Assembly: GCA_048938895.1 (NCBI GenBank)
Contig: JBHLLU010000026.1
Coordinates: 1-57,577, forward strand
Direction of reading: 5' to 3'
DNA from: Promethearchaeota archaeon
GTDB lineage: Archaea > Asgardarchaeota > Lokiarchaeia > Sigyniarchaeales > SOKP01
Length of the DNA stretch: 57,577 nucleotides
The notes below the pieces were generated by a model, which was given only the letters and a program-made list of their open reading frames with translations, did no database searches and was not told the origin of the DNA. The position numbers and the translations under genes are program-made. Of the stretch, positions 1 to 9,743 are shown one piece after another. Numbering within the stretch: position 1 is the first letter of the stretch; each line of letters opens with the position of its first letter.

Positions 1-207
1 GGGGGTTGTTCATTATGCTATGAATGCGCTAGAATTTTAAGTTGTCCAGCGATTAGAAGGATTAAAACTGAAGGAATTGAAGAAATGCAGATCGATCAGG
101 ATCGCTGTATAAAATGTGGTGTATGTTATGAAATATGCCCAAATGGTGCAATAAGAAAATCAATTATAAATCTATTTGGTGAAGAGGTGCTTTTTCGTGA
201 AGTTTAA
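1..207 (+). CDS. iorA: 3' end of indolepyruvate:ferredoxin oxidoreductase alpha subunit (C-terminal 2x[4Fe-4S] ferredoxin domain), truncated by the window edge
   Basis: Hand translation of frame 1: GGCSLCYECARILSCPAI...IDQDRCIKCGVCYEICPNGAI...EV*, stop TAA at 205-207. Overlaps the start of the iorB-like gene. Not in the ORF track. Confidence 0.8.
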   Translation, partial: GGCSLCYECARILSCPAIRRIKTEGIEEMQIDQDRCIKCGVCYEICPNGAIRKSIINLFGEEVLFREV

Positions 208-856
208 AGAAACGGATATCATTAACATAGTTATTGCCGGTACTGCAGGTCAGGGGGTCATCACACTTAAAAGATTAATAGAATTTGCTGCACAAAAGGC
301 TAATGTTGAAAGAAACTTCGGAAGTGAGTCTCATGGACTTGCACAACGAGAAGGAGCAATCATGAGTCATACACGTTATCAAAAAAAAATAAATGATAAT
401 GAAAGATATAATTTACAATCACCGTTGATTTGTTATGGAGATGCAGATTTGTATATCTGTATGGAACCTGTTGAAGCACTTCGTCAAGGTATATATGCAT
501 CCCAAAAAACTGTATTTGTTCTTAACAGCCGTACTATTCCTGGAATAATGATTACAGCAAATCTAGAAGAATATCCCCCTTTAGAGAAAATCGTCGATAT
601 ATTGAATACTTTTACCGAAAAAGTATATTATATGAACGCTACAGAAGTTGCATTAGAAAATTTTAATCAAAATTTGCTAGTTAATATAATCATGCTTGGA
701 TTTGCAATTCCCACGGGTAGAATTCCATTCATCGAAATTGAACATTATGAAGAAGTAATTAAGGAATGGTTACCTGACCCAGATTCCAATATTAAGGCAT
801 TACATCTAGGGTTTGAAAAGGGAAAGGAAATCATAAAATCTTTAAGTTTAAACTAG
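197..856 (+). CDS. iorB: Indolepyruvate:ferredoxin oxidoreductase beta subunit
   Basis: IVIAGTAGQGVIT, SESHGLAQREGAIMSH, EPVEALR and NIIMLG motifs of IorB. Probable start is GTG at 197, behind GAGGTG at 184-189 (the ORF track starts at TTG 176). Confidence 0.88.
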   Translation: MKFKETDIINIVIAGTAGQGVITLKRLIEFAAQKANVERNFGSESHGLAQREGAIMSHTRYQKKINDNERYNLQSPLICYGDADLYICMEPVEALRQGIYASQKTVFVLNSRTIPGIMITANLEEYPPLEKIVDILNTFTEKVYYMNATEVALENFNQNLLVNIIMLGFAIPTGRIPFIEIEHYEEVIKEWLPDPDSNIKALHLGFEKGKEIIKSLSLN

Positions 857-926
857 CCATCTAAATGTTCTTCGTTTTTAGTAGCTTGTGATAAATTAAT
901 TAAATATTGGGTGGTTATGTTAATGT

Positions 927-1424
927 ATGGATAAGATTAAACCCATTTGCGTTCACAACCATTTGATACTAGGACTACAAAAACCACCAATCTGGCCAAT
1001 AAAGGATGATGATCAATTACGTGATTTATGGTCTCAAATGAAAATGAGTAAATCAATTCCTAACTCAGCAGTATTTATTCATGATAGTTCTAGTGAGATT
1101 AAAAAAAAAATAAAGTCTGCTTTTTGTCCAGAAGGAAATATCGTTTTTAACCCAATCCTCGACTGGGCAAAATCGATTATTTTTAGAGAAAAAGACTCTT
1201 GTCTTAAAATCGAGAGACCTGAAAAATTTGGTGGGAATTTAGAAATAAACTCGTATCAAGATCTCGAAAATTATTATCTTAATAAAAAGATACACCCATT
1301 AGATTTAAAAAATAGAGTATCCGAGAAATTAATCGAAATATTACAACCTGCCCGAAGCCATTTTGAAAATCAAAATATTAAAAGAATGAAAGAACATATG
1401 GAGGAGCTATTAATAACTCGCTAA
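927..1424 (+). pseudogene. tyrS: C-terminal fragment of archaeal-type tyrosyl-tRNA synthetase (KMSKS loop plus anticodon-binding domain); HIGH half missing
   Basis: KPICVHNHLILGL, KMSKS, KIKSAFCP, NPILDW, KIHPLDLK. Only 165 aa, with an in-frame TAA at 921-923 just upstream. Confidence 0.75.
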
Positions 1425-1526
1425 TGTTAGGTTCTCTTCTAATTTTTTAATTTTGTCTAAGAAGATTCATGAATGAAATAAAATAGTTAATCATAATCTA
1501 AAAAGAAAAAAAAATATATAAATAAA

Positions 1527-2048
1527 TTATGGAATATATGTTTGCACCAAAAAATAACTATTATAAATATTTACGTTACCACTTCTCATTGATTCAATAG
1601 CTACTTCATGAGTACCAGTTGATAGTGATTTATCTTCATATAGAAGAGCAACTGAAAAATAAAAACTCTCCGTATCGCTATTTGGTGTTCCTACTGCAAT
1701 AAGCGAGTTTGTAATTGAAGTACCATCAATATTTAGTCGAAATCTCATTAATAAGACTCCAGTTCCTGGAGGAGTAATATAAACCCAAGATGTAAATAAG
1801 AAATATACACTTTCTCCGGCTTGTACTTGAAATGTAATGTTTAAATCAGGGATTTCATACCAAGCATTAGCTAGAGGAGGGGAATATACAGCGGTTCTAC
1901 TCTCAAAATAAGTACGAGGAACATTTGATTGCAGAATTTGTATAGTTTGATTCATTTTGAAATATGTAAATATCCCAAAACCTAATCCTCCCATCCCAAT
2001 TAATAATGCAATTACACCTAAAGCTGAACCTTTTCCCATAATAACCAC
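1527..2048 (-). CDS. Membrane-anchored or secreted beta-rich hypothetical protein
   Basis: N-terminal hydrophobic helix (LGVIALLIGMGGLGFGIF) followed by an all-beta-looking domain. Confidence 0.7.
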   Translation of the reverse strand: MVIMGKGSALGVIALLIGMGGLGFGIFTYFKMNQTIQILQSNVPRTYFESRTAVYSPPLANAWYEIPDLNITFQVQAGESVYFLFTSWVYITPPGTGVLLMRFRLNIDGTSITNSLIAVGTPNSDTESFYFSVALLYEDKSLSTGTHEVAIESMRSGNVNIYNSYFLVQTYIP

Positions 2049-2499
2049 CTAATTAATTTTTAAATAATCGTGATAGATTTCAGTTGAAAATATATTTCTT
2101 ACATGTTATATATAGATATCTTTTTTGAGAATGGAGCTGAGAATTAGATGATTTCAATAGGAGCAAAGATATTTAAGTATGTAAGGGTAAATCGTGGCTA
2201 GAGTCCTAAAGTACTCTGTACTATATGATATTTCTACTTTAAAAATCAAATAATCAGAAACTAATTAAAGTTTAATCAGTAAAAAATATTTGATGGCCTT
2301 TTCTTCTCAGAATAAGATCGATTATTTTCCTATCGTACGTATTATAGGCAGAATTGGAATATTTTAAGGAGAAATTTAGTGTTGGATATGAGTATTTTAA
2401 ATATTTTAAAATTGACATTATATATACAATTACCCTTCTTCATCTTTTACTTGAATCTTGTATAAATAAATATATTGTCTTTCTATTGTAGATTTAATC

Positions 2500-3030
2500 T
2501 TAGGTTCTTTTAATTACTTTAATTAATCCTTTCTTGCGGAGCTCTTCCATCATATCTTCGATTTCTTTCAGATCTTTTTGGGCAATCGAACCAACCTGTT
2601 CGATTGTGTTCATTCCATCACAAATTTTCAAGACTTTAAATTGCTCTTTCGTGAGCATTCCTAATTGCACCGCCATAGGGGAAATTTCTTTCACAACCAC
2701 TGGAATTCGTACCTCACCACCTGCTTCAACAGTTTCAGCACCGATCTCCTCTGTACTTGGGGATGAACCAAAGAAACTCTTCACGCCCGTGATATCATAA
2801 TTATCGTTAATATATACATAAATTGTGTGTTCTTGTCCAGAAACATCATCAGGGTCTTCCAGATCTGGAATAGGATTAGCATGTTTGTACTCTTTTGTAT
2901 AAATGCCCATTTCAAGACCACTAATGATCTCTTTTTTGTCTATATTCAATGAAATCATATCTTCACAGATATCACACCACGCCCAAGCTTCAATAAGTTG
3001 AAAATATTTCCTTACTTTATTTTCTGGCAT
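2500..3030 (-). CDS. Hypothetical protein: N-terminal CxxC...H...H putative metal-binding domain plus C-terminal winged helix
   Basis: WCDIC, YKH and HTIYVYIN in the N-terminal part; LKICDGMNTIEQV...LRKKGLIKV has a winged-helix pattern. Confidence 0.7.
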   Translation of the reverse strand: MPENKVRKYFQLIEAWAWCDICEDMISLNIDKKEIISGLEMGIYTKEYKHANPIPDLEDPDDVSGQEHTIYVYINDNYDITGVKSFFGSSPSTEEIGAETVEAGGEVRIPVVVKEISPMAVQLGMLTKEQFKVLKICDGMNTIEQVGSIAQKDLKEIEDMMEELRKKGLIKVIKRT

Positions 3031-3252
3031 TGTATTATATTATAAGGTAATTTGAAATTTAAATCATAAATATATTAAAACTAGGGTGTTGATTAATTTA
3101 AATTTTGATTTATATTTTGGTTTTAGAAAATTAAATCAAAATAAATTACGAACTAAATAAAGCTTTTTTAAATAACCTAACGATTAAAACAAAAAGAATT
3201 AAAGTTATTACATATTTTCAAATCTAAATTTTATCAAATCATTGATTAATTC

Positions 3253-3429
3253 ATGAGCTCTTATAGGAAGAATGTTTGTTTTGGGTGTGGTCGCCCGATA
3301 ACTCCATACGAATCAGCAGTACACTTTCCATGTCCTCAATGTGGAGATGTTACTATTTGGAGATGTGAACGCTGTAGAGAATCAGGAAACTCTTTTCGAT
3401 GTCTAAAGTGTGATTTTGAAGGACCATAG
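3253..3429 (+). CDS. Small double zinc-ribbon protein (HVO_2753/COG2888 family), 58 aa, missed by the ORF track
   Basis: MSSYRKNVCFGCGRPITPYESAVHFPCPQCGDVTIWRCERCRESGNSFRCLKCDFEGP*: four CxxC motifs and terminal FEGP, in its usual position upstream of aEF-1beta. Confidence 0.92.
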   Translation: MSSYRKNVCFGCGRPITPYESAVHFPCPQCGDVTIWRCERCRESGNSFRCLKCDFEGP

Positions 3430-3455
3430 AGAAATGAATAAGAGATGTATTTATT

Positions 3456-3722
3456 ATGGGAGAATATATTGCATTAATAGATGTTGTACCTGAAGAAACC
3501 GATATTGATTTTGAAGAATTTGTAGGAAAATTAAAATCTGTACTACCTGATACCTGTACTATTGAGAAATATGAAATCATGCCTGTAGCATTTGGTTTGA
3601 AGAAAACTCGAGTACGAGTGAGATATCCCGAGGACTGGGGTGGTACAGACAGACTTGAAGAATTGTTTGGTCAAGTTGATGGGATTCAAGGTATAGAAGG
3701 GATTGCCTTCTCGAAAGCTTAA
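3456..3722 (+). CDS. ef1b: Archaeal translation elongation factor 1-beta
   Basis: 88 aa; V-P-E..D, PVAFGLK and GGTD..E motifs; adjacent to the COG2888 gene. Confidence 0.93.
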   Translation: MGEYIALIDVVPEETDIDFEEFVGKLKSVLPDTCTIEKYEIMPVAFGLKKTRVRVRYPEDWGGTDRLEELFGQVDGIQGIEGIAFSKA

Positions 3723-3733
3723 GTATGTATTTT

Positions 3734-5611
3734 TTATCCTGTTCTTTTAAAAAGTTTATCAAGCTCATTATACGAAAGAAAACGTAAAGTAGGTCTTCCA
3801 TGAGCACAATGATAAGAATCTTTACATGTAGCTAAATCTAGAAGCAGGTTTCGTATATCCTTTAAAGTTAAGTCATCACCCCCCCGGATAGATTTATGAC
3901 AGGCTAGATAATTTATAATTTCTTCTTTAACTTCATTAAAGGTTCTATCTTTCCCGATATCTGTCAGATCGCTGATAATTTCTTTAATGATATTAGTATC
4001 AGGAAGCTTATCCATTATTGTAGGAATCTCTCTCAAAATAAAGGTATTCCCTCCAAAATATTCAAAATCAAACCCAATCTTCTTTATTTCATGCAAACTA
4101 TCCTCTAAAAAGATTCTATCACTTGGAGAAACATCTATTTTTAATGGTTGGATTAACTTCTGTTTATGTCTCTTGGTATTATCATAATTATTTAGAAGGA
4201 TTTCCTTTTTCACCCTCTCAGAAGCTGCATGTTGATCTAATATAAAAATACCTCCTTCATTGTTTTCATTAAATCCTTCCAATACAACATATGTTTTGTT
4301 TTGCAATTGACCTGTATAAGATATTAAACGGATCTTTGGGAAATTTTCTGAAATAATGTAGTTCCCTCTGATGAAAGAGTCAGATGTAACCTTACTTACC
4401 AGTTTTTTCTCAACAACCTGATCCATTAAATCGAGCTGAACTCCATCCTCCATTACATCCTTTTCTTCTTCTCCTAATATATGTATATTTTGTGGTTGTT
4501 CTTCACTCCTCACAATCTCTTTTTTAATTGTAGGGGTAAAGTCGCCTAGTTCAGTAGATATATATTTAGCTTCTTTTTCTATGAAATACTCTTCAACGAA
4601 TCCTCTTAGTATATTATATATTTTATTATATAGCGCTTCTTCATCTTCAAATCGAACATAAAGCTTCTTTGGGTGGACATTAAAATCAATTACGGTTGGA
4701 TTAAGCTCTATAAACAAAACGAAAAAAGGATATTTATTGACCATCAATGTCCCCTCATACGCTTCTTTTATAGCCCTAAATAAGAGATCACTGATTATAT
4801 AACGGTTATTTATGAACAGACTTGAATAAGTTCTGTTTTTTTTAGCAATTTGGGGATGTCCTAATAATCCCTTGATTTTAATAAAAGGAATTTCTTCATT
4901 GTATTCTATGGGTTCCACAAATTTAGCAATCTTCTTTCCATAGATATGAAATACTGTAGTTTTTAAATCGTTATCAGCAGGACAATTTAAAATATCTAAA
5001 TCATTGTGAACATATATGAAATGGAGTTTTGGGAATGCTAAAGAGTATCTCTGAATAAAATCAGTAATATGACTTAATTCAACTGAATCTTTTTTTAAGA
5101 ATTTCTGTCGGGCGGGGAGATTATAAAATATATTTTTTACCTTGATGTTAGTTCCCACCTGACTGGAAACTTCTTTTTTATCCAGAACTTTCCCTCCTTC
5201 TATATGGAGTTGCACACCTCTCTCGTTTTGATTTGTTCGAGAAATTATTTCAACGTGACTTACAGCAGCAATACTTGCAAGAGCTTCACCTCGAAATCCT
5301 AAAGTGGAAAGGGTATCCAGATCTTCGATGCTCCTAATTTTACTACTTGTGTGTCGTTCAAAAGCAAATTCTATATCCTCAGGGGGAATTCCCTGACCAT
5401 CATCAATTACTTGAATTAGAGTCTTTCCTGCTTTTCTGATAATTACTCTTATTCCCTTAGCACCAGCATCTATACTGTTTTCAACTAGTTCTTTCACAAT
5501 ATTGGCAGGTCTTTCAACTACTTCCCCAGCAGCTATTTTTTCAGCTTCTAATATCCTTTTAATTTTAGCGATCTTCAAGTTATCCTCAAAAGTTTTGTAA
5601 AAATTATCCAA
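3734..5611 (-). CDS. mutL: DNA mismatch repair endonuclease MutL
   Basis: IAAGEVVERP, KELVENSIDA, GFRGEAL GHKL ATPase motifs; C-terminal DQHAASERVKKE, ACH and CAHGRP endonuclease motifs. Confidence 0.97.
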   Translation of the reverse strand: MDNFYKTFEDNLKIAKIKRILEAEKIAAGEVVERPANIVKELVENSIDAGAKGIRVIIRKAGKTLIQVIDDGQGIPPEDIEFAFERHTSSKIRSIEDLDTLSTLGFRGEALASIAAVSHVEIISRTNQNERGVQLHIEGGKVLDKKEVSSQVGTNIKVKNIFYNLPARQKFLKKDSVELSHITDFIQRYSLAFPKLHFIYVHNDLDILNCPADNDLKTTVFHIYGKKIAKFVEPIEYNEEIPFIKIKGLLGHPQIAKKNRTYSSLFINNRYIISDLLFRAIKEAYEGTLMVNKYPFFVLFIELNPTVIDFNVHPKKLYVRFEDEEALYNKIYNILRGFVEEYFIEKEAKYISTELGDFTPTIKKEIVRSEEQPQNIHILGEEEKDVMEDGVQLDLMDQVVEKKLVSKVTSDSFIRGNYIISENFPKIRLISYTGQLQNKTYVVLEGFNENNEGGIFILDQHAASERVKKEILLNNYDNTKRHKQKLIQPLKIDVSPSDRIFLEDSLHEIKKIGFDFEYFGGNTFILREIPTIMDKLPDTNIIKEIISDLTDIGKDRTFNEVKEEIINYLACHKSIRGGDDLTLKDIRNLLLDLATCKDSYHCAHGRPTLRFLSYNELDKLFKRTG

Positions 5612-5695
5612 GAAATTAATATTTCCTTAAACTTAATATATTTCACATTACGATCAAATATAAAATAATACCCTATTAAGGTTTAAATAAATCGA

Positions 5696-5714
5696 ACTTA
5701 AAGGTCCTTTAAGT
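5696..5714. promoter_or_regulatory. Perfect 9-1-9 inverted repeat ACTTAAAGG-T-CCTTTAAGT in the divergent mutL/GT-C promoter region
   Basis: Sequence read directly; operator function is inferred. Confidence 0.45.
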
Positions 5715-5787
5715 AAGTCTTTTAAATTTCCCTTAATATAATAAAATAGTTTATTTCGGAACAAGAACAGAAATAGTATTTATTACT

Positions 5788-6699
5788 ATGAATATTACAA
5801 AAGAATATCCAATTCAGAGGTATTTCATCTATATTTTTGTAGGAATCTCAATACTGCTTATGATTTTAAGAATATTTCTCTACTTCTTTGAAATATCTCC
5901 TTGGATACAAGAGACTAAAGATATTGACTTCAAAATCTTATTGGAAGGTATGGATAATGGATTGCTTCATTTTTACGATCCTGTAACTATATCAGATTGG
6001 CCCCCGTATTATCTTTATTTTTGGTATTATCTCTTTTTCTATATTTATATCATTCCTACCGAAGGATTAATAGGAGTATACGTATGGGATGTATTAAGAA
6101 TACTTCTTACCATCATTGTAATCAGAGAATCTCCAAAAGTGTTTAAAAATAAGAAAGATCTGCTGATTTTCTACATTTTTGGCTTAGTGGGCTATAGTAT
6201 TGATGCATATTATAACAATGTAAATTTTCTAATTGTCTTCTTACTATTTTTTTCCTTCGTTTATTTAGAAAAAGATCAAAAATGGGTTGCAGGTATTTTA
6301 TTTACTCTTGCAACCTTTAAAATAACTGCAATCATTTTTCTCCCCTTGTTATTAATCGTAAGAAAAATTAAATTTAAGGATCTCCTCTATTTTTTATTCC
6401 CCTTACTAATTATATGCATTCCATACATCATCTTTCCAGATTATTTCTTTCAAATGGTACATAATTGGACTTATAGTGATGCGGAAATAAAAGGATTATT
6501 AGTTATTGATTCGATTATTTGGAAAGCCTTACAACCATCTCATTTGATGTTTATAGCATTACTATTGATTATATTCTTAGAAAACATTAAAACTGAGGAA
6601 CGGAAGAATATCTATAGAGTAATACTCGTTTCAGTAATAAGTGTATATTATATCTATTTAACGACGATAGTTTTTATTATTCCGAATGTTTTGGCTTAA
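5788..6699 (+). CDS. Polytopic membrane protein, probable GT-C fold glycosyltransferase (GT87/DUF2029-like)
   Basis: Multiple TM helices; DIDF, WPPYYL, NVN and AGILFTLATFK patterns resemble GT87. Confidence 0.6.
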   Translation: MNITKEYPIQRYFIYIFVGISILLMILRIFLYFFEISPWIQETKDIDFKILLEGMDNGLLHFYDPVTISDWPPYYLYFWYYLFFYIYIIPTEGLIGVYVWDVLRILLTIIVIRESPKVFKNKKDLLIFYIFGLVGYSIDAYYNNVNFLIVFLLFFSFVYLEKDQKWVAGILFTLATFKITAIIFLPLLLIVRKIKFKDLLYFLFPLLIICIPYIIFPDYFFQMVHNWTYSDAEIKGLLVIDSIIWKALQPSHLMFIALLLIIFLENIKTEERKNIYRVILVSVISVYYIYLTTIVFIIPNVLA

Positions 6700-9568
6700 A
6701 CATATTTTCTATCTTGTTTAAAAGATCGGCTATTCTTTCTTTTATTTCTATATGACTGAGATTGTTAATGTCCAATTTATTTAATTCATTCACTATACCT
6801 TTATATTTCTCATCTTTTTCCTTTTTACTTAATGGTTCAAATAAACTAGTTTGAACATATTTCTTTGTAGTACTAGTATGCATAGGTTTTACTTTTTTAG
6901 CCTTTATTTCTAATTTTGATTCACTAAGTTCTTTTTTTACTTTTTCTAATTCTTTTTCTTTTATTGCGAGTTCTTCATCCAGATTACCAAGTAAATCTCT
7001 AAAAGTTTTTAATTCAGAGTTTAGTTTGTCGAGTTCAGATTTCTTTCCATTAATCATTTTATCATAATGTTTTCCAGGTGGACTGCTATTACCGTTTTCT
7101 CTCACAGTTGTGATAAAAGGATCTTTTTCTTCTATTTGTTCCAGAATTTCAAATGCTCTTATTATCACATCATCTGGTATACCTGCTAATTTAGCTACAT
7201 GGATACCATATGATTTATCAGTGCTTCCTGGTTTTAATTTTCTTACAAAATTAATACTTCCATCCTCATTTTCAATTATATCTAGATGATAATTTTTCAC
7301 TCTTGGTAAGTTTATTTCTGTTAATTGGTGATAGTGGGTACTAAATAGGGTTTTAACATTTAACTGATGAAGTTTTTCAAGTGTAGCCATTGCGATACTT
7401 TGACCATCACTTGTGCTCGTACCTCTCCCAAGTTCATCAATTATTATAAGACTTCTTGGGGTAGCATAATTCAAAATTTTAGCAGTTTCAGTCATCTCAA
7501 TCATAAACGTACTCAATTTTCTAGCTAGATCATCAGAAGCACCAATACGGGTAAAAATTTGGTCGATTATTCCAATTATCGCAGATTTCGCGGGAACAAA
7601 GCATCCCATTTGGGCAATTAGACAGATTAATGCTACCTGTCTGAGAAAAGTGCTCTTTCCTGCCATATTTGGGCCCGTTATGATTAGCAATTGGTTATCT
7701 TCCGTATCTAAGAGACAATCATTTGGAATGAATCTTTCACCAATGTTTAATTGTTCCACTACGGGATGTCTACCATCCTTTATAACTATTTTTGAGTCTT
7801 CATTCACAATAGGTCTACAATAATCATATTTTTCAGCAATTTCAGCAAAACAAGCTAATACGTCGATTACTGCTATGTTCCTTGCTGTTTCAAGAATATT
7901 TTCAGTTTCCTTTTCCACTTCATCACGTATTTCATTAAAGATTTCATATTCTAAGTTATTAATCTGCTCTTCCGCATTTACTATCTTTTCTTCCAATTCT
8001 TTTAATTTCTCTGTGGTAAATCTTTTTGCATTCTTTAGAGTTGCTCTCTCAATATAATCCTCAGGAACTTTAGAAATTATTTTTAGAGTTCTTAAAGTTG
8101 TCTCAATATAATATCCAAGAATATTATTATACCCAACTTTTAATCCAGAAGTAAGATTCCATCTTTTTCTCTGCTCCTCTTCATATTTCAAGATAAATTT
8201 CTTTCCATTATTTAAAATGTCCCTTAGTTCATCAACGTTGTTATTAAAACCTTCTTTGATAATATTTCCTTCCCTTACTGAAGTTGGAGGATTTTCTTTA
8301 ATGGCATTATCAATCAACACTTTAATTTTCTTAAAAGAGTTTATATGATCTAAAAATTGGGAAATTTCAGGTATATCTGCTTTGATTAAAATTTCTTTAA
8401 TCTTGGGGATTTTCTCCAATGAATTTTTCACATTTACTAAATCTCGTGCATTTGCTCTCCCAGTATAATTTAATTTATTAATGAACCGTTCAAGATCACC
8501 AATAATTTTTAACTCTTCTCTTAAATCAGACCTTAAGAAGATATCATCTTTAAATTTCTGAACGATACACAGTCTTTCATTAATTAGGTTAATATCAGTT
8601 AAAGGCTGCAAAATAAATTTTCTCAACAATCGAGCTCCCATGGGAGTATGAGTATGATTAAACACAGTAAGCAAAGTAAAATCCTTACCTCTTTCCCATA
8701 GGGAATGAATTAATTCTAAATTTCTCTGAGTTATATAATCCAAATGTAAAATATTTTTCTCATGAAGTACATTAATTTTGAATATATTGGGAACAACATC
8801 TCGCTGAGTTTCTTTAAGAAAGGCTATTAATCCTCCAGCTGCTTGAATTACTAATTCTTGTCCTTCTAATCCAAATCCATTTAAGTTAGATACCTTGAAA
8901 TGACGTGTTAAAACATCATATGCTTCTTCATAATTAAAAACATGTTCTCCATACGGTTTTATTATTGCATCGGTTAAATCGGTTAAAATAAGAAAAAATC
9001 TTTCATCTCGTTTGAGTTCTTCGGGAATAATTACTTCTGCAGGATCAAACTGAGAAAGAGTGCTTAGAAGTTGCTCTTGAGGATTTTCACCTTTAGAAGA
9101 AAACTGAGCCGCTACAAATTCTCCCGTTGAAATATCTGCGAAAGCAATCCCAAATCCCTTTCTTTCCTTAACCATTGATGCCAGATAATTATTCTTACTT
9201 GCACTTAACATATTAGGTTCAATAACAGTACCGGGAGACAAGATGCGAGTGACTCCTCGTTTTACTATTCGTCCTTTTACTGTTGCAGGATCTTCTAACT
9301 GATCTACTATTACAACAGTTTGATTTAGATTCATGAGATTATTAAAATAATTATGACCTGAATGATGTGGAATTCCTGCTAATGGAACATCTCCTCTTTT
9401 TGTTAGTGTAATTCCTAATAACTTAGAAATTCTTTCAGCATCATCAAAGAAAAATTCAAAAAAATCACCCATTCGATAAGCTATTAAATAATCTGAAGGA
9501 TACCTTTTACGAATGGAGTACCAGTGTTGTAACATAGGCGTTAGCTTTTTCTCATTTACTTCCTTCAT
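6677..9568 (-). CDS. mutS: DNA mismatch repair protein MutS (MutS1 type)
   Basis: LTPM, RMGDFFE mismatch-binding motif, TGPNMAGKST Walker A, IIDELGRGT Walker B, STHY, SYGIHVAKLAG. Confidence 0.97.
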   Translation of the reverse strand: MKEVNEKKLTPMLQHWYSIRKRYPSDYLIAYRMGDFFEFFFDDAERISKLLGITLTKRGDVPLAGIPHHSGHNYFNNLMNLNQTVVIVDQLEDPATVKGRIVKRGVTRILSPGTVIEPNMLSASKNNYLASMVKERKGFGIAFADISTGEFVAAQFSSKGENPQEQLLSTLSQFDPAEVIIPEELKRDERFFLILTDLTDAIIKPYGEHVFNYEEAYDVLTRHFKVSNLNGFGLEGQELVIQAAGGLIAFLKETQRDVVPNIFKINVLHEKNILHLDYITQRNLELIHSLWERGKDFTLLTVFNHTHTPMGARLLRKFILQPLTDINLINERLCIVQKFKDDIFLRSDLREELKIIGDLERFINKLNYTGRANARDLVNVKNSLEKIPKIKEILIKADIPEISQFLDHINSFKKIKVLIDNAIKENPPTSVREGNIIKEGFNNNVDELRDILNNGKKFILKYEEEQRKRWNLTSGLKVGYNNILGYYIETTLRTLKIISKVPEDYIERATLKNAKRFTTEKLKELEEKIVNAEEQINNLEYEIFNEIRDEVEKETENILETARNIAVIDVLACFAEIAEKYDYCRPIVNEDSKIVIKDGRHPVVEQLNIGERFIPNDCLLDTEDNQLLIITGPNMAGKSTFLRQVALICLIAQMGCFVPAKSAIIGIIDQIFTRIGASDDLARKLSTFMIEMTETAKILNYATPRSLIIIDELGRGTSTSDGQSIAMATLEKLHQLNVKTLFSTHYHQLTEINLPRVKNYHLDIIENEDGSINFVRKLKPGSTDKSYGIHVAKLAGIPDDVIIRAFEILEQIEEKDPFITTVRENGNSSPPGKHYDKMINGKKSELDKLNSELKTFRDLLGNLDEELAIKEKELEKVKKELSESKLEIKAKKVKPMHTSTTKKYVQTSLFEPLSKKEKDEKYKGIVNELNKLDINNLSHIEIKERIADLLNKIENMFKPKHSE

Positions 9569-9743
9569 TTTTAGCTTATTTAAGAGTTAGATGATATTAT
9601 TCCTTCACATATTCAATTATAACCGTAATTTTATATTAACTCTATTTGTTAAAATTTTAATAACATTAACAAAGAAGATAATAAGGTTTTTTATTATTCT
9701 TAAGACTCACTTAAAATATCATGAAATTAAAGTAAATTTTTAA

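Noticed and set aside
176-196. TTG start at 176 for iorB
   Set aside because: It overlaps the iorA 3' end; GTG at 197 follows a GAGGTG site and fits the family N-terminus better.
2049-2499. 450-nt intergenic gap as a possible ncRNA or gene remnant
   Set aside because: No convincing ORF, stable stem or repeat could be identified by eye.
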